Origin: Ginglymostoma cirratum
Lineage: Eukaryota
Assembly: GCA_024137785.1 (NCBI GenBank)
Contig: JAHRHZ010000009.1
Span: 21,018,239 to 21,082,238, forward strand
Length of the DNA: 64,000 nt
Direction of reading: 5' to 3'
Of this stretch, positions 12,355 to 24,545 are shown one piece after another. The first letter of the stretch is position 1, and the number at the start of each line of letters is the position of its first letter. The notes below the pieces were generated by a model. The model saw nothing but the letters and a program-made list of their open reading frames with translations. It ran no database searches and was not told where the DNA came from. The translations under genes were made by a program, and so were the position numbers.

Positions 12355-15300
12355 TAGTACAGAAATCTGCAACCACAATATGTGCATACAGTTTTAAATA
12401 TAATAAGGGTAAAAACAGCAATAAAATAAATACAAATGTATAATAATCAGATATATTTAAATATACATTGTGATTCAAGCCAAAGTCTGTGAATACTGCA
12501 TAATAATATTTATAGATTCGCCCTTTCCAACACTGACATGACTATCTGACCCTTCTCAGTGAGTCCCAAAAGACCAGTGTCTTCAGATGCTGTAAAATGC
12601 GTGGTGCCTGGTTACTGATAAGCACGCCGTAAAATCTTCCCAGCCAGTCAGTGTGACACAGCTTAAGAGAGAAAAACTGGCTTAGAATACCCAAGCGCCA
12701 GGATTGGCAGCGAGTTTCAGTTTTCCCTGCTCAAGCAGGACTGAGAAGAAGCTGCTTAGATCGTCTCCTTAGGTACGTTCCTGCTGAGTTCCACGAATCC
12801 TTTCAACCCTCCCACAATCCTAGGGTTCTCTTATGGACAGAATCACTGATTAATATGATCTAGAGGACTCCCTAGCTCTACGAAGAGCAGATTTTAAAAA
12901 GGATGTTCACTCTTCCTTGTCTTTATTTTTACAAGAACAGTGGTTGAACACTCGCCCATAACATTTCAGCAAAAGCTGCATTTGCAAATAAAATATTTGG
13001 CAAAATCATTGGGTAATTTTACACCAGCATATTCATAAACACATCCAACTGCATAATGGAGTTGTATATTTCAACTATTCATCGAGCAAGTTACTATATT
13101 CACCAAGGCCATTGCAATATTGATGCAGTTCTGCATTGATGCGAGAGGTGCTGCATTTTCAGGAGAAACATCTTGGCAGAAGAATGAAGTGATTTCAGTT
13201 CCCACATCATTTTTCCTGACAGAGGACCAGGGGTATTGATTTAAACAGAGTAGGCATCAATTCATTGTCTCAAGGACGTCCCCTATAATGACATGTCCCA
13301 ATTAACCATGTCCCATAATCTTAAATGTGAGCAGCTGTTCCCTTTACCACATTCACTGGATAAATCTCTGTTTAGAGAGGCAGCATTCCAATTGCAGATG
13401 AAGCCAAGGCATGTACACTATGTTTACAGATATCTTTTCAACATACTGGTCATGAATTTCTCCGACAATTTAACTGTGTACTTGGTGAATTTCAAGTTGG
13501 GCAAGCGTCGGATGAGAGCCATCTTAACCCCTTTCAGAACAGACTTTTGCTCAGTTTTAACCATAATAAGTTTCCATCTCATACTTTTGGGAATACTGTG
13601 CGGAATTCTGCAAAAGAATAGAGCCCAATATTACTCTAATTATAGATTACTTAGAAATAACTTGTCATTACACAAAAAAGCAGCCCTCACCTGATTTTGA
13701 CATTTGCCTTAATTTTAAGTTAAAAGAAGCAGCAATTCAGATCTCGTCTACTGGATCATTCCCTGCCTGTTGTATGTGCCCGATTTAACTGATGTATGAA
13801 TGCTACCCATCCCAAATGAGGACTACAATGTTAATGCTTTGCAAATACAAAATCTTAATTCCTTACTTACATCACAAAGCTGTACTACCACAAGTGGCAC
13901 ATTAATGCAGCTGCCTTACCAAGAAAGAATGGCTGAAGGTAATTCTGTCACGACTATGTAAAATTCCCTTGAAATCACAGTGAAACTGGTTATTGCAGCA
14001 TTGCTAAAAGCTTTATTCAGCCCACCCTCTTACTCCTACAGATATATTCTTGCTGTTTCACCTCTGATCGTAACCATCAGTGGTGTCGCATTCTCTCACT
14101 CCGTTTTGGTAATTTGGCACCCAAAGATATCGGAAAATGTTGCTTAGCTGATGGAACATAAGTCCACCTCAGCATGCATTCCATGCAGATGAAATGATCT
14201 GAAAGGAGAACATCACTACTCCTAATGCAGATGAAGCAGATGTAATTTTCCCAATTAAGCCAACTTAAAATTGATGACATTTCACATTTAAATGAATTTA
14301 CTTCATACGTGCCTCTTAATTCGTTGAAGACCACTGACTCATAACGTATCTCAGTCTATGGTTTTGTTGGCCAAAATAAACTGCTCATATGGGTAATCCT
14401 AGCAAAGATCAGCCTGCGACTGTAAAAAGCACTCTAGGTTGGTTTGTGTTTCATTTGCTCAGTTTGTGGCAATAATCCGTGTTGCTTTTTTTGTACATTC
14501 ACTGGCCAAGCTGAGAGCTTTGACAGTCACATTCGCAAAACTGATCCTTTAAATGTGCAGAACTGTCAAATTTAACATTCACCTTTAAGTACTCTTAAAC
14601 TGTAGAAATCAAAACTGAATGGCATTTTGAAAGATTCCAATGTATAATCTACCATTTTAAAATTACATTATTCAAATGATCTAATAATTCTATTTTCTTT
14701 AAATACAGATGCTACACTGATACAATGTTTAGTTCAAATACATCAATAATTTGATCTTTAAAACAGCCATAATTATCTGAATCATCAGACGAGGGCTGCC
14801 TTATCTGCCCAAAAATGTAACATGCCCTAAAAAGGAGTTATAACTTCCAAGAAATTGTAGGAAATACAAGTCCTGATATCTGGACTATGCTACTAACAAT
14901 GCCACAAACCTCAAAATAGTCAAACAGCCTTAGTTGTGGCTGTAATAACATAGGTACATTTCACCCATCTCCCAATATGTCCAATGTAGATAACAATATG
15001 TGTATTATTAACATGCATCTCTTTGGAAATAGACATATTGGCCAAAGATTCTAAAAAAAGTTACAGTTTAGGGCTATGAAGGGAATCCAGTTTTCTGTTT
15101 AAGTTTTCTTTGCAACTAATATAGAAGGCAGTTAATAATATAACTAATGCCTGTTTTCTGGAAACTTGCATCCTGCTCGGCTTCATCTGCCACTGTGCAT
15201 CACATCTTTGAAAACAAGTCTCATTTTGTAAAGCATATCTTTCGTCAAATCATTATTTCTATTTTTGATTGAGAGTTTGACATACGTCTCATTTCAAAGT

Positions 15301-16913
15301 ATTGCTCACCATGCGCTGAGTCAGTGAGCAGGCAGCACTGCAAATGTCCAAACACACAGTAGTATGGGGATAAATATTTCACAGACCATAAAATATCTTC
15401 AAAACCCAAGCACATTACAATTTCTTTTTGGTTCTGTTGTACAAATTAGCTTCTCCTGTAACAAATCTTCCAACTACCTACATTTATCATTGTAAAATGC
15501 TTCAGAAACATGCGCTAACTATTCAGAAATCTTCTGACAATTGAAATGCTTCACCTCAATAGCTGAACTGAAAAACATCTGTACTGACTTTCACTTTGCA
15601 GTTCAAACACCTATCTTTTGTGAATTCAAACTCTGAGTTTCCACCAAGGGAAGAAAAGTAAACGGTTCAATGAAATTTTTTGCTTCACGGCTATGTTGTT
15701 GGAGAAAAGACTCTGATATGTATAGATGCATTTTGTACATGAATACAGACTCTCACTCACTCTCCTTGCCTGTTCACAACCTAGCTATTTTCTATTAAAT
15801 GTTATGTCTATGGACTGTACACTACACAACAGAAACTGAACACTTAATATAAATGTTTTGGTTTAATATAAATGTAGACAATAAAGATATTCAGTATGAC
15901 TGGGCCAAATTGTATCAATATTTACAACTTAAAGATGATCATTGACATAAGTTAATAGCATTATATTGGACCACAATCAGACCTTGAACATATCGTGCAT
16001 TCTTGCATTTTCAATCGATTTTGAAAATCAATTGTTAATTTTTTCCCAATCTTGCTTACTGCACATAACGTGGCTGTAGATGAAATAACACATAGCAAGG
16101 CACAAAGAAACAGCAGCGCAAGGGGTTCCTTATGTGACCAAAGCATCTCTATAACTACAAATAAACTAACTGTGCTGGTAAACTCTATGCTTGATAGTAC
16201 AGCCTGTTAATAACCAATCATGAAGCATGGTACAGTGCCACAAACGCTGATATGAAATAATTCAGAAAAGATTCAAAAGTACTCCTAAAGAGTAGTTTAA
16301 CCATTTTTTTTCACTCAACTTACAGTAACTGACAAAACAATTAGATGTGGTTCTCTAATTGAGAAGCATGTATCTGCAATGCTTCACTTGCACTCGGTTA
16401 TTGTTTTTTCTGTGTTAGTACATATGTTTCAAAGTTCATCACTAAACAAAACTACAGGTGTACTAATGTTCATCTGCAGATAATCATCAAACTACAACTA
16501 TCCGGTGCTTTCCAGTATAATCATTACTAAGCAACAGCTTTTCTTTCTTGCACCTTCCCCCACCATCTAGACTGCAGTTGGCATCTTGCCACTTGCGAGC
16601 AGAAAGTGTTCCAGTGCCATCTACAGGCCATGCCTTGTTTTCCTAATTTTAGACGCAATCAAGTAATTTGAAATCGGCTTAATTTAAATCTTCATTAGTG
16701 ATAAATTAATAGGCCTACACAAACAAATATTTGGCACGATAAAATAATAACTTTGTTGGTTTTCTAACCACTTCGTACTTTGGGTACTTGTGATAATTCT
16801 TTTCAGGGAAGTTTAATTTGCAATAGAATCATTTCTACAGATTTCTGCAGGTCACTGCTGTGCTTTGCCTTGTTTGTACTGCGAAAAATACAATTAGAGG
16901 CGGTACTGATAGA

Positions 16914-16934
16914 CTAGTAAAAGCTTTCAGTTAC
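16914..16934 (-). CDS. PCDH9: Intron read-through tail (VTESFY*) of a putative short PCDH9 isoform
   Basis: The frame continues past the donor as GTA ACT GAA AGC TTT TAC TAG, resembling the recalled human short-isoform tail VNEHFYW... Confidence 0.6.
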   Translation of the reverse strand, partial: VTESFY

Positions 16935-16937
16935 CTG
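16929..16937 (-). other. 5' splice donor of the PCDH9 large exon
   Basis: Minus strand CAG|GTAACT; the exon ends at 16935, at the same residue (HTRQ) as the recalled mammalian junction. Confidence 0.88.
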
Positions 16938-19900
16938 TCGGGTGTGCAATGGGCCCTTTGTCTTGAAGCCTCCTTGGGAGCTACACTCTGAGGCACTGAA
17001 GTGGTCTGAACTAGTGGAAGAGCGCTTCGACAGGGTGTCACAACCCCCAACGAAGGTGTTGTCCAAAGGGAGCTCCTGAATCACGTGATGCTTTTTTGCA
17101 GAAATAGGGGTGTCTGGCTTCAGATGAAAAGAGGGCTGTGGAGAGCCAGATTTGTAATGCCTCGCTAGGTCTGGGCTGTTGGGCTTAAATGTAGTTGGTG
17201 GTGTGCTGCCCCAGTCAAATCGCCCTATTGTTTGCTCCTCCAGCTCAGCTGGAAGGGTAATGGTTCCATTGATGGGTTCATGGGCAGGGTCATCAGGTTT
17301 GGATTCCTCAATGGTGACAAAGTTTAGAAGGGAACTCTTTGGAGATTTTCTTTTCTTCCTTTTCTTCTTTTTGTTCTGCTTGCACTCCTGATTGGGAGAC
17401 ATCCATTCAGCACCCTGCTTGTTCCTTTGCGTAGCCTTGAACCTTGAGGACTGCCGGCACCGCACCAATATTGTAACAAAGATGACCACAATCACTACCA
17501 TGGCTCCCGCCACTATGGCGATCATTATGGTAAGGTAATCCTCATTTTGCCAAGGCTGGGTGCCATCTCCAATGTTCTTATCTAGTGGAGTCTCCATTGT
17601 CCTCCGTATTAACTCATAGACATAGCTAGCATTGTTTACCGTATCATTTACATACAAGTAGACAAGCACAAGTGTGTGCAAGGGTTTTGGATAACCTAAA
17701 TCGCTGATGTTCACGACCAGACGGTGCAAGCCCTGGTCTACGGCAGTCGGTTTCTCCTCCAAGGTAATATTACCAGTCACAGGATCAATTCGAAACAAAC
17801 CCTTGTTATTTCCGCTGACAATGCTGTATTTGAGCTCTGCATTCATACCTGTATCAACGTCCACAGCAAACACTTCTGCCACCACAGAACCAGGTATGGC
17901 AGACAGGGGTACTAGTTTGAATGAAGAGTTGGAGGGTGGGTAGATTACAACGGGACTGTTATCGTTGACATCTATGACATTGATTGTGACTTTAGCAATG
18001 GAAGTGCGGACTGGTCTCCCCCTGTCTACAGCTTTAACTTCGAATGTGTAGGAGCTTTGCTGTTCTCTGTCGAATGATACGTTGGACCTTATCACACCAC
18101 TCAGTGGGTCCAGAATAAAATTGGCGTTGTCACCCACAACAGAAGCCATCACCTCTGCATTGGCCCCTGCATCCAGGTCGGTGACAGTAATCACTCCCAC
18201 AGTGCTGTACTTTGGCAGGTTCTCGGACACAAAGAACTGGAAGTGGTTGTGGGTGAATTTGGGGTTATTGTCGTTCTCGTCCAGCACGGTGACGATCACG
18301 GCCGCTTGACTCTGCAGCGGAGGGTTACCGCTGTCCCTGGCAGTCACGGTGAAAATGTAACGCTCCTGCTCCTCCCGGTCGAAAACCCGGGAGGCGGTCA
18401 GGACGCCCGTCTTGCGGTCCAGGTCGAAAAACGAGGCGTTGGGCCCCAGCTGGTAGACAATCTCTGCGTTCTTGCCGCTGTCGTCGTCCGTGGCACTGAC
18501 GGTGGTCAGGTAGAGGCCGCGGTGGTTGTTCTCGGGCACTGCCAGCTCGATTACGGGCTGGCTGAAGACCGGGGGGTTGTCATTCTCGTCCTCCAGCTTC
18601 ACCCTCACCAGGGCGCTCTGGTTGAGGCTGGGTTTGCCTGCATCTGATGCCACTATCCTGAAGGAGTACTGGTTGGTGCTCTCGTAGTCCAGGAAGGAGG
18701 AGGTTTCCAGCAGGTACTGGTTGTCATACACGGCTTTGAGGTGGAAAGGCACCTCCTTCTCAATGTAGCACACCACCTTGCCATTGACATCTGTGTCCCT
18801 GTCGGAGACGGTGATCAGGGCGATTTTGGTGTTGACCGGGTCTTTCTCCGAGAGGTGCACAGAGCCATTGACCGGGCTGATGATATAGCGGATGTCAATC
18901 CCGGGCGGGTTGTCGTTCACATCGGTGACATTGACGGTGACGGTGGCTCGGGCGGGGCTGGAGCTTCCGTCGGTCGCCAGCACGGTCATCTTGTGCAGCG
19001 AGACGTCCTCCCGGTCGAGCGGCCGCTGCACGGTGATGAGCCCGAGGCTCGGGTCCAGGGCGAAGTAGCGGCGGACGGCGGCGGGGGTCTGCGGGCTGAA
19101 CAGGTAGCGGAGCTCGGCGTTGGAGCCCACGTCGGCGTCGGTGGCGTGGAGCTGGATGACCGAGGTACCGAGGGGCGAGTCCTCGGGCAACTGCACCTCG
19201 AGCTGGCTCTCCCGGAACACCGGGCGGTTGTCGTTCACGTCGCTGACGGTGACCTGCAGGATAGCGGTGCTGGACTTAGGGGGCTCCCCGCCGTCTTGCA
19301 CCTTGATCTTCATCACGTAGGTATCCTTCTGCTCCCGGTCCAAGCCCCGTTGGACGATCAGCTGCGGCCACTTCTCACCCTCGGGGCTCTCCACCACGTC
19401 CAAGCCCAGGACGCTCTGCCCGTCTAACAGCTGATAGCGCTGCACGCCGTTGGCCCCGGTGTCCGGGTCGCTGGCCGACGGGATGGGGAAGCGGCTGTTG
19501 GGCAGTGTGTTCTCCGGGATGGAGATGTTGATGACCGGCGACGGGAACATGGGCGCGTTGTCGTTCACGTCCCGCACCACCAGCTTCACCTTGACCAGCC
19601 TGAAGTAGTCGTTGGGCAGGATCACCACCTCGATCTCGAACGAGCACTCGCTCGACCCCGACTCCCCGGCGCACAGCCTCTCCCGGTCGACCCGCTGCGA
19701 GCCCGTGTAGATGTCCCCGGTGCCGCTGGAGACCCGCAGCAGCGGCACCTCGCCCGCCTTGGACACCAGGCGGTAGATGAGGTCGGCGCCGCTGGCCGAG
19801 ATGTTCAGGTCCCGCGGGATGCTGCCGATCAGGATGTTCTCCGGCAGCTCCTCCTGGATGGTGTAGACCAGCTCCTGCGCCAGGGTACAGTCCACCGTCA

Positions 19901-19946
19901 GGCAGGCGACCAGAGCAAAGAGTAGGTAGAAATCCCGCACGTCCAT
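16935..19946 (-). CDS. PCDH9: Protocadherin-9 (delta-1 protocadherin), large first coding exon: signal peptide, EC1-EC7, transmembrane helix, proximal cytoplasmic region; spliced at ...HTRQ to exons outside the window
   Basis: ORF 16914..19967. The true start is ATG GAC at 19946 (MDVRDFYLL..., compare recalled human MDLRDFYLL). Seven cadherin repeats with PE, DRE, DxD and DxNDN motifs; [26 protein letters not shown]; polybasic KKKKRKKRK; tail ...[16 protein letters not shown] matches recalled PCDH9. A phase-0 donor CAG|GTAACT follows HTRQ. Confidence 0.97.
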
Positions 19947-20090
19947 CACTGCACCAGCAACAAACAAGGGACACCACTTCCCAAGCTTTGGTCACACAAT
20001 CCAGACTTCAACCTGCACTACTCTCCTCAATAACAATTTTTAAAAAAAACCCTTTATCTCTCTAGCGTTGCTGGAAAACCAACACAAAAT
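19947..20090 (-). other. Splice acceptor and 5' UTR part of the PCDH9 large exon (exon starts at about 20070)
   Basis: Minus strand attttgtgttggttttccAG|caacgc, a U-rich tract plus AG, 124 nt upstream of the ATG, with no ATG in between. Confidence 0.65.
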
Positions 20091-20765
20091 TGCACTCTAT
20101 TTGGAGCAAACAATCCATCGATGCTGCAAGTTTCTTGGCTTTTTTTTCTTGTATTTCTGCAGAGAGAGGGAAGAGCAGGCAGCGAAGATTGGTTTTTTCT
20201 TTGATTCTTCTTCTTTCCCACACCTCCCCCCCCACAACCCCACCACCTTGTTCCCTCTATCTCTCTGCCCTTCGCCCGCTCGGTGCAATATTTACAATGC
20301 ACGGTGCACAAAACTGCCGGAGGATGCATTCAGTTCCCGGCCAGGCAAAGCAGCCTGCAGCTTCTCCTTGGTACGGTTCAACCGCGTGAAAATCATCATC
20401 ATTTTATACATGGGGAAGGGGGGGGGCTGTCGGTGGTGGTGGGAGAAGCGTATTCTCAGCAACCGAGCCGACTGTAGTTTGCAATTATCCCACTATTGCG
20501 ACAGTTTGCACGGCGAGAGAAGTTGCGAGGATACAGCAGACCGTGGACGGAATTGCAGGAGCTCCGCATTTTTTTTTTTGTTTTCCCACTCCCCCACCCC
20601 CCTTTCTCCGCTTTAAATCCAGTTTTCTTTAAATGCTGGTCCTTCCTCTGCACCAAGTGCCATTCCACGTTTTTTTTGGGGGGGGAGAAAGATGCAACGA
20701 ACTTAAAACAAAAAAAAACGACGGAGCTGTAACGAGATGCAGCAGGCAACACGAGTTTGAATCAC

Positions 20766-20850
20766 CTGTTCTGTCCTCCGTTCCCTAAATCCTCCGTTCC
20801 TGTTCTCACACACATGCATACACACACATCCACGTCTCTCTACTGAATCT
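20766..20850 (-). other. Putative non-coding exon 1 of PCDH9
   Basis: Donor-like CAG|GTGATT at 20766/20765 lies just downstream of the promoter motif cluster; Inr-like TCAGT at 20846-20842. The TSS is uncertain. Confidence 0.45.
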
Positions 20851-20877
20851 TCTTCCTAACTCTCGATCAGCCCAAGT

Positions 20878-21047
20878 GAGTATAGTCCTCCAGGTCCCGC
20901 CCCCGGCTCCTGCGCCCATTCGCTGTCCGCTGCCTGCCGCTTGGAGGGGGGCCGGGGTGCCAGCCCATTGGCTCCGGGAGCCGTCCATCATCCCCCTTAG
21001 CCTTGAAAGTTGTGCAGAATTCCTGATCAGCTGCAAGGCTGACGTCA
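20878..21047 (-). promoter_or_regulatory. PCDH9 proximal promoter: full CRE, NF-Y CCAAT box, Sp/KLF GC box
   Basis: TGACGTCA at 21040-21047; GAGCCAATGGG (CCAAT 20971-20967, minus); GGGGCGGGA at about 20903-20895 (minus). These are in canonical order toward the gene and inside a CpG island. Confidence 0.7.
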
Positions 21048-24000
21048 CCCACCGACAGCAAGTGACTGGTGAGGGGCAGGATTTTATCCCAGGCTCAGAC
21101 AGACACACACACACACTCAACATTGACTAACCCATTCCCAGTCTCTCCCCCTGTCCTACTGCTGAGCCCCCTTATTGAATGTGGATTAAGTGCACACCAA
21201 TCAATTCACCAGAATACATGCCCCTCAACACACACAACGACCCACAAAACATGTAGCAGAGACGTGAAGCGATGTAAGAAACCGGTAGCAACTCTCTTCT
21301 AACCCACGCGGTTTGCAGGTTGCACAGCACGGGTGTGCATCTGAGCAGGGACTAGATACACGAGGGAGGTGTACAGTGAGCTCCGGAGGGAATGCCTCGC
21401 GTAGGAAGCATCAACTCCGGCAGAGTTGCGTTGAAAAATCTATTTCTGTGCTGCAAATTGGATGCATTCGATTGCCACGTTGCACCATTTTAAATATATA
21501 CCCAATTAACAAGTGCCACGAGTGACAAGCGACATTTGAATATCAAACTGCAATGACTGAGGCTTTCAACTGACAGCGGACTCATGCTAACACTAATTAA
21601 AGGCTGATCCCACCCCTTCCCTTTCAGGAAAGAATTCAGAGGTGTTTTGTATTTTTTCCCTTAATTAAGTGCGCAAAATGAAAATACTGTTCGAATTAAA
21701 TTGCAATCATTTCATCCCTTGCAACAGCTCAAGGAAACAACCAGCGATCGGCTACCTGGAGGAGTATAGATCAGACAGTGGTAATGATTGCACTGACCGG
21801 GAAAGAACTTCTATTTATTAACTGAATCATTCTCATTCAATCCTTTCGGGCGCCCAGACTTTAGTGGTTACCTCCTTAAAGCGCACGGAGAGTCGTGGCC
21901 CAAGTCTCCTCGACTTCCAATAAGCAGTATTTACGCATCACATTCTCTCTTCCTTCTACACTAGCTGTAAAAAACAAGCCAAACTGGGATTGAACAGGCA
22001 GGAGTGTTGGAGAGGGAGAGAGCAGAGCTTGGAATCTGTTGCTTCAAAGAGATTAAGGGTTAGTCATGTTCAAATCGAGTATAAACAATAACCCCGATCT
22101 GAATGACCCGGTGTCATTGTATTTATCTAGCGCCGGAATTACAAGCAGGGCCCTCAAAGCGCGGGTCCGCAACTTGCAGCGATTTGCATCTCCCGAGAAA
22201 ATTTGATTTCAGGCAGCGGATGAACACACTTTCACTAACGTGAAAAAAAATTGAGTTACAACTTAAAACGCGCAACTGCGAATTATATAGCTCACTTATT
22301 CTCCACAAAACTATTTGTTATTCGGTCAGGCGGGATGTTGTTTTCATTTTATGTACAAGTTAAGCCCAAGTACATTCAGTAAGATACAAACTCTGCCGAA
22401 AAAGTTTTGCACATTTAGTGGGGAGTTTTGTTTTTTGTTCCAAAAGATAACTTGTTTCAGGAGATTTTTGAAGTTGAAATGCATGATCTACTAGGGATTG
22501 GGTTTAGTCCACAGGATGCCGAGAACTCTATGCTGTAAATTACACTAAGGCCATTTTGTAAAAGACTGTAGTGTAGGGGACAGTTCATTCATTATCCGTT
22601 TGCTCAGACCCTGCATCTCAGCAAGGAAACAGCGATGCCAAGCTGAAATACCTGAAGCTGGGGGATAGATCACTAGCAGCCACTGTCTAACAGGAGACAA
22701 AATAAACAAGGGGCTCAGGGAAAACTAAAAGGGAGCTCACCGCAGAAACAAAACAGACACATTATTCCTCGAAACTTGCGTGAGGTTTTGTTTTCTAATA
22801 TTTAAGTCGGAAATATTCGCCTTTAAACAAAGCAATTCTGTGAAAAAAGTGCCCCACAGTAATTTGTTATTCTGTTGTTGGTTGTTTTTCATCCTTTAAA
22901 ATTACGTGGACGTTCACATTTACGCGGGATGGACAGTTAAAGTCAGATAAATCAGCAGAACTTAAGTTTGTTTCACTGGTCTCCTTAAATGAATAAAGGA
23001 GGGCCCCAAAACAAGTCTGTCTCTCAATTAATTTCTTCACGTTTCCAGCTAAAACGTTAATATCTTTTCCATCAACCCCTTATATACCCTTTCAAGAGTA
23101 ATGGGGACATGTAATCCGACATTTTATCCCTTTAAAGAAGCCCAGAGGAATTTGCGAAAACTTCAATACATTATGATGACTTTGTGCTGGGAAATGGTGA
23201 ATGTAATCGTCTCTGGAGATCCTTCTCAAGAAATGAAACTGATGTTACTGCATTAGTCAAGGCTGCCATCTAGAGGAGCTTTTGTTTAATAGCAGCCTGT
23301 CTAATCGCAGACTTCGCCTTTCCGCTGTCCACTCGGACTGCGCGCATCGAGACGGCCATGCACTTGAAGCTAAGGATATACTTTTTTTTGAAAAAAGGAA
23401 CCGTGTACTATTTGCGCTTTGCCGCATTCCACTGCAATGTCCTTTGAAATCAACATTGCCGATACCTTCATGTACGTTTCTAATTAACCAAGGACAGTGC
23501 ACAAACTTGTTCAAGTGTACCTTTTATTTAACAAATGTATTTATCCGCATGAGCTTTTCTTGTCCATATTACGAAGACAGACTATTCTAACGTTCAATAA
23601 CGTTATGGTTAATCTTTGGCATCGAAACGATTTTCAAACCTGCGCCCTACATCCTTCCATTCACCAAATTCAAAAGTTTGTCAATCTTAGCTCTGAACAT
23701 GATCGGGGACTGAATATTCACAGACTAGGGAGAAAATTCCAAAGATTCAAGATGGTCTGATATTCTACATTATCCCGAAGTTCCAGACTCTCCAGCTAGA
23801 GGAGACATTCTCTCAGCGCCTAGAATTATAACATTTACGGAAAGTGGATACCTAATAGCCAGAAATAATACATACTGCAAGTATAACAATAGTCTAGAAC
23901 AATAGTTCTGTGTCTACAAACCAATGCAACAGCAACACAGAATTAAAAAGAAAACGTTGTTAAAGTGAAGAAAAAAGATATAGAAGCTAATGTTTCAAGA

Positions 24001-24249
24001 CGATGACATTTCGTAAGAACTGGTTTTGGCCCACACGTGTTAAACATGAGAAGAGAAACTTAAAACAATGAAGATAACGCAAAAAGGACAAAGGGAAATC
24101 CTATTGGAGAGTAAAGCAAGATGGGCATTCTGAAATAGAAGTGAATTAAACAAGAACAAACAACATGCTCCCGCTTTTCAACAGCCTGAGTATGTAGCTT
24201 TTCTTGTGAACACAAATTCAGTTTTTCCAAATATATTTCAAATTATTAC

Positions 24250-24545
24250 AACAAAATCAATTTGTATAGCATCCTTAATATGGTAAAACCCAAGACTGCT
24301 GACAACAGCACTAGCAAACAAAACTTGACAGCTAGTCACAAATGGGAGTGTTAGAAGGGGTGACCAGATGCTTGGTCAAACTGATATGTGCCTTAAATAA
24401 GGAAGGAGCTGGAAAGAGGTGAAAGGGCATAAGTTTGGGATTATAGGAAGAAGACCTGAGGGTTGAGGCTTAACCGCCAGAAGGGAAGTGATTAAAATCA
24501 AGGATGTGCAAGAAGATATAATTAGCCACAATCCCCGAGGGGTAT
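24250..24545 (-). mobile_element. L2-like LINE 3' fragment
   Basis: Similar to 30468-30590 and 30940-31100 (caaaacttgacagctagtc...gtgaccagatgcttggtcaaa). Confidence 0.5.

Larger units (their letters stand above)
18150..21500. promoter_or_regulatory. CpG island covering the promoter and the 5' two-thirds of the coding exon
   Basis: Visibly dense CpG and high GC against an AT-rich, CpG-depleted background; edges estimated by eye. Confidence 0.8.

Noticed and set aside
13293-13694. 133-aa plus-strand ORF in the intron
   Set aside because: No homology or coding bias evident; antisense to PCDH9; likely chance.
18243-19427. Long plus-strand ORFs (134 aa and 228 aa) and the alternative-frame 206-aa minus-strand ORF overlapping PCDH9
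   Set aside because: Expected shadow ORFs of a GC3-rich coding exon; no recognisable domains.
19947-19967. ORF-track start MFVAGAV
   Set aside because: Non-ATG start; the signal peptide and homology begin at ATG 19946.
20068-20616. 182-aa plus-strand ORF and neighbouring ORFs
   Set aside because: Low-complexity, homopolymer-rich intron 1 / CpG-island sequence with no protein features.
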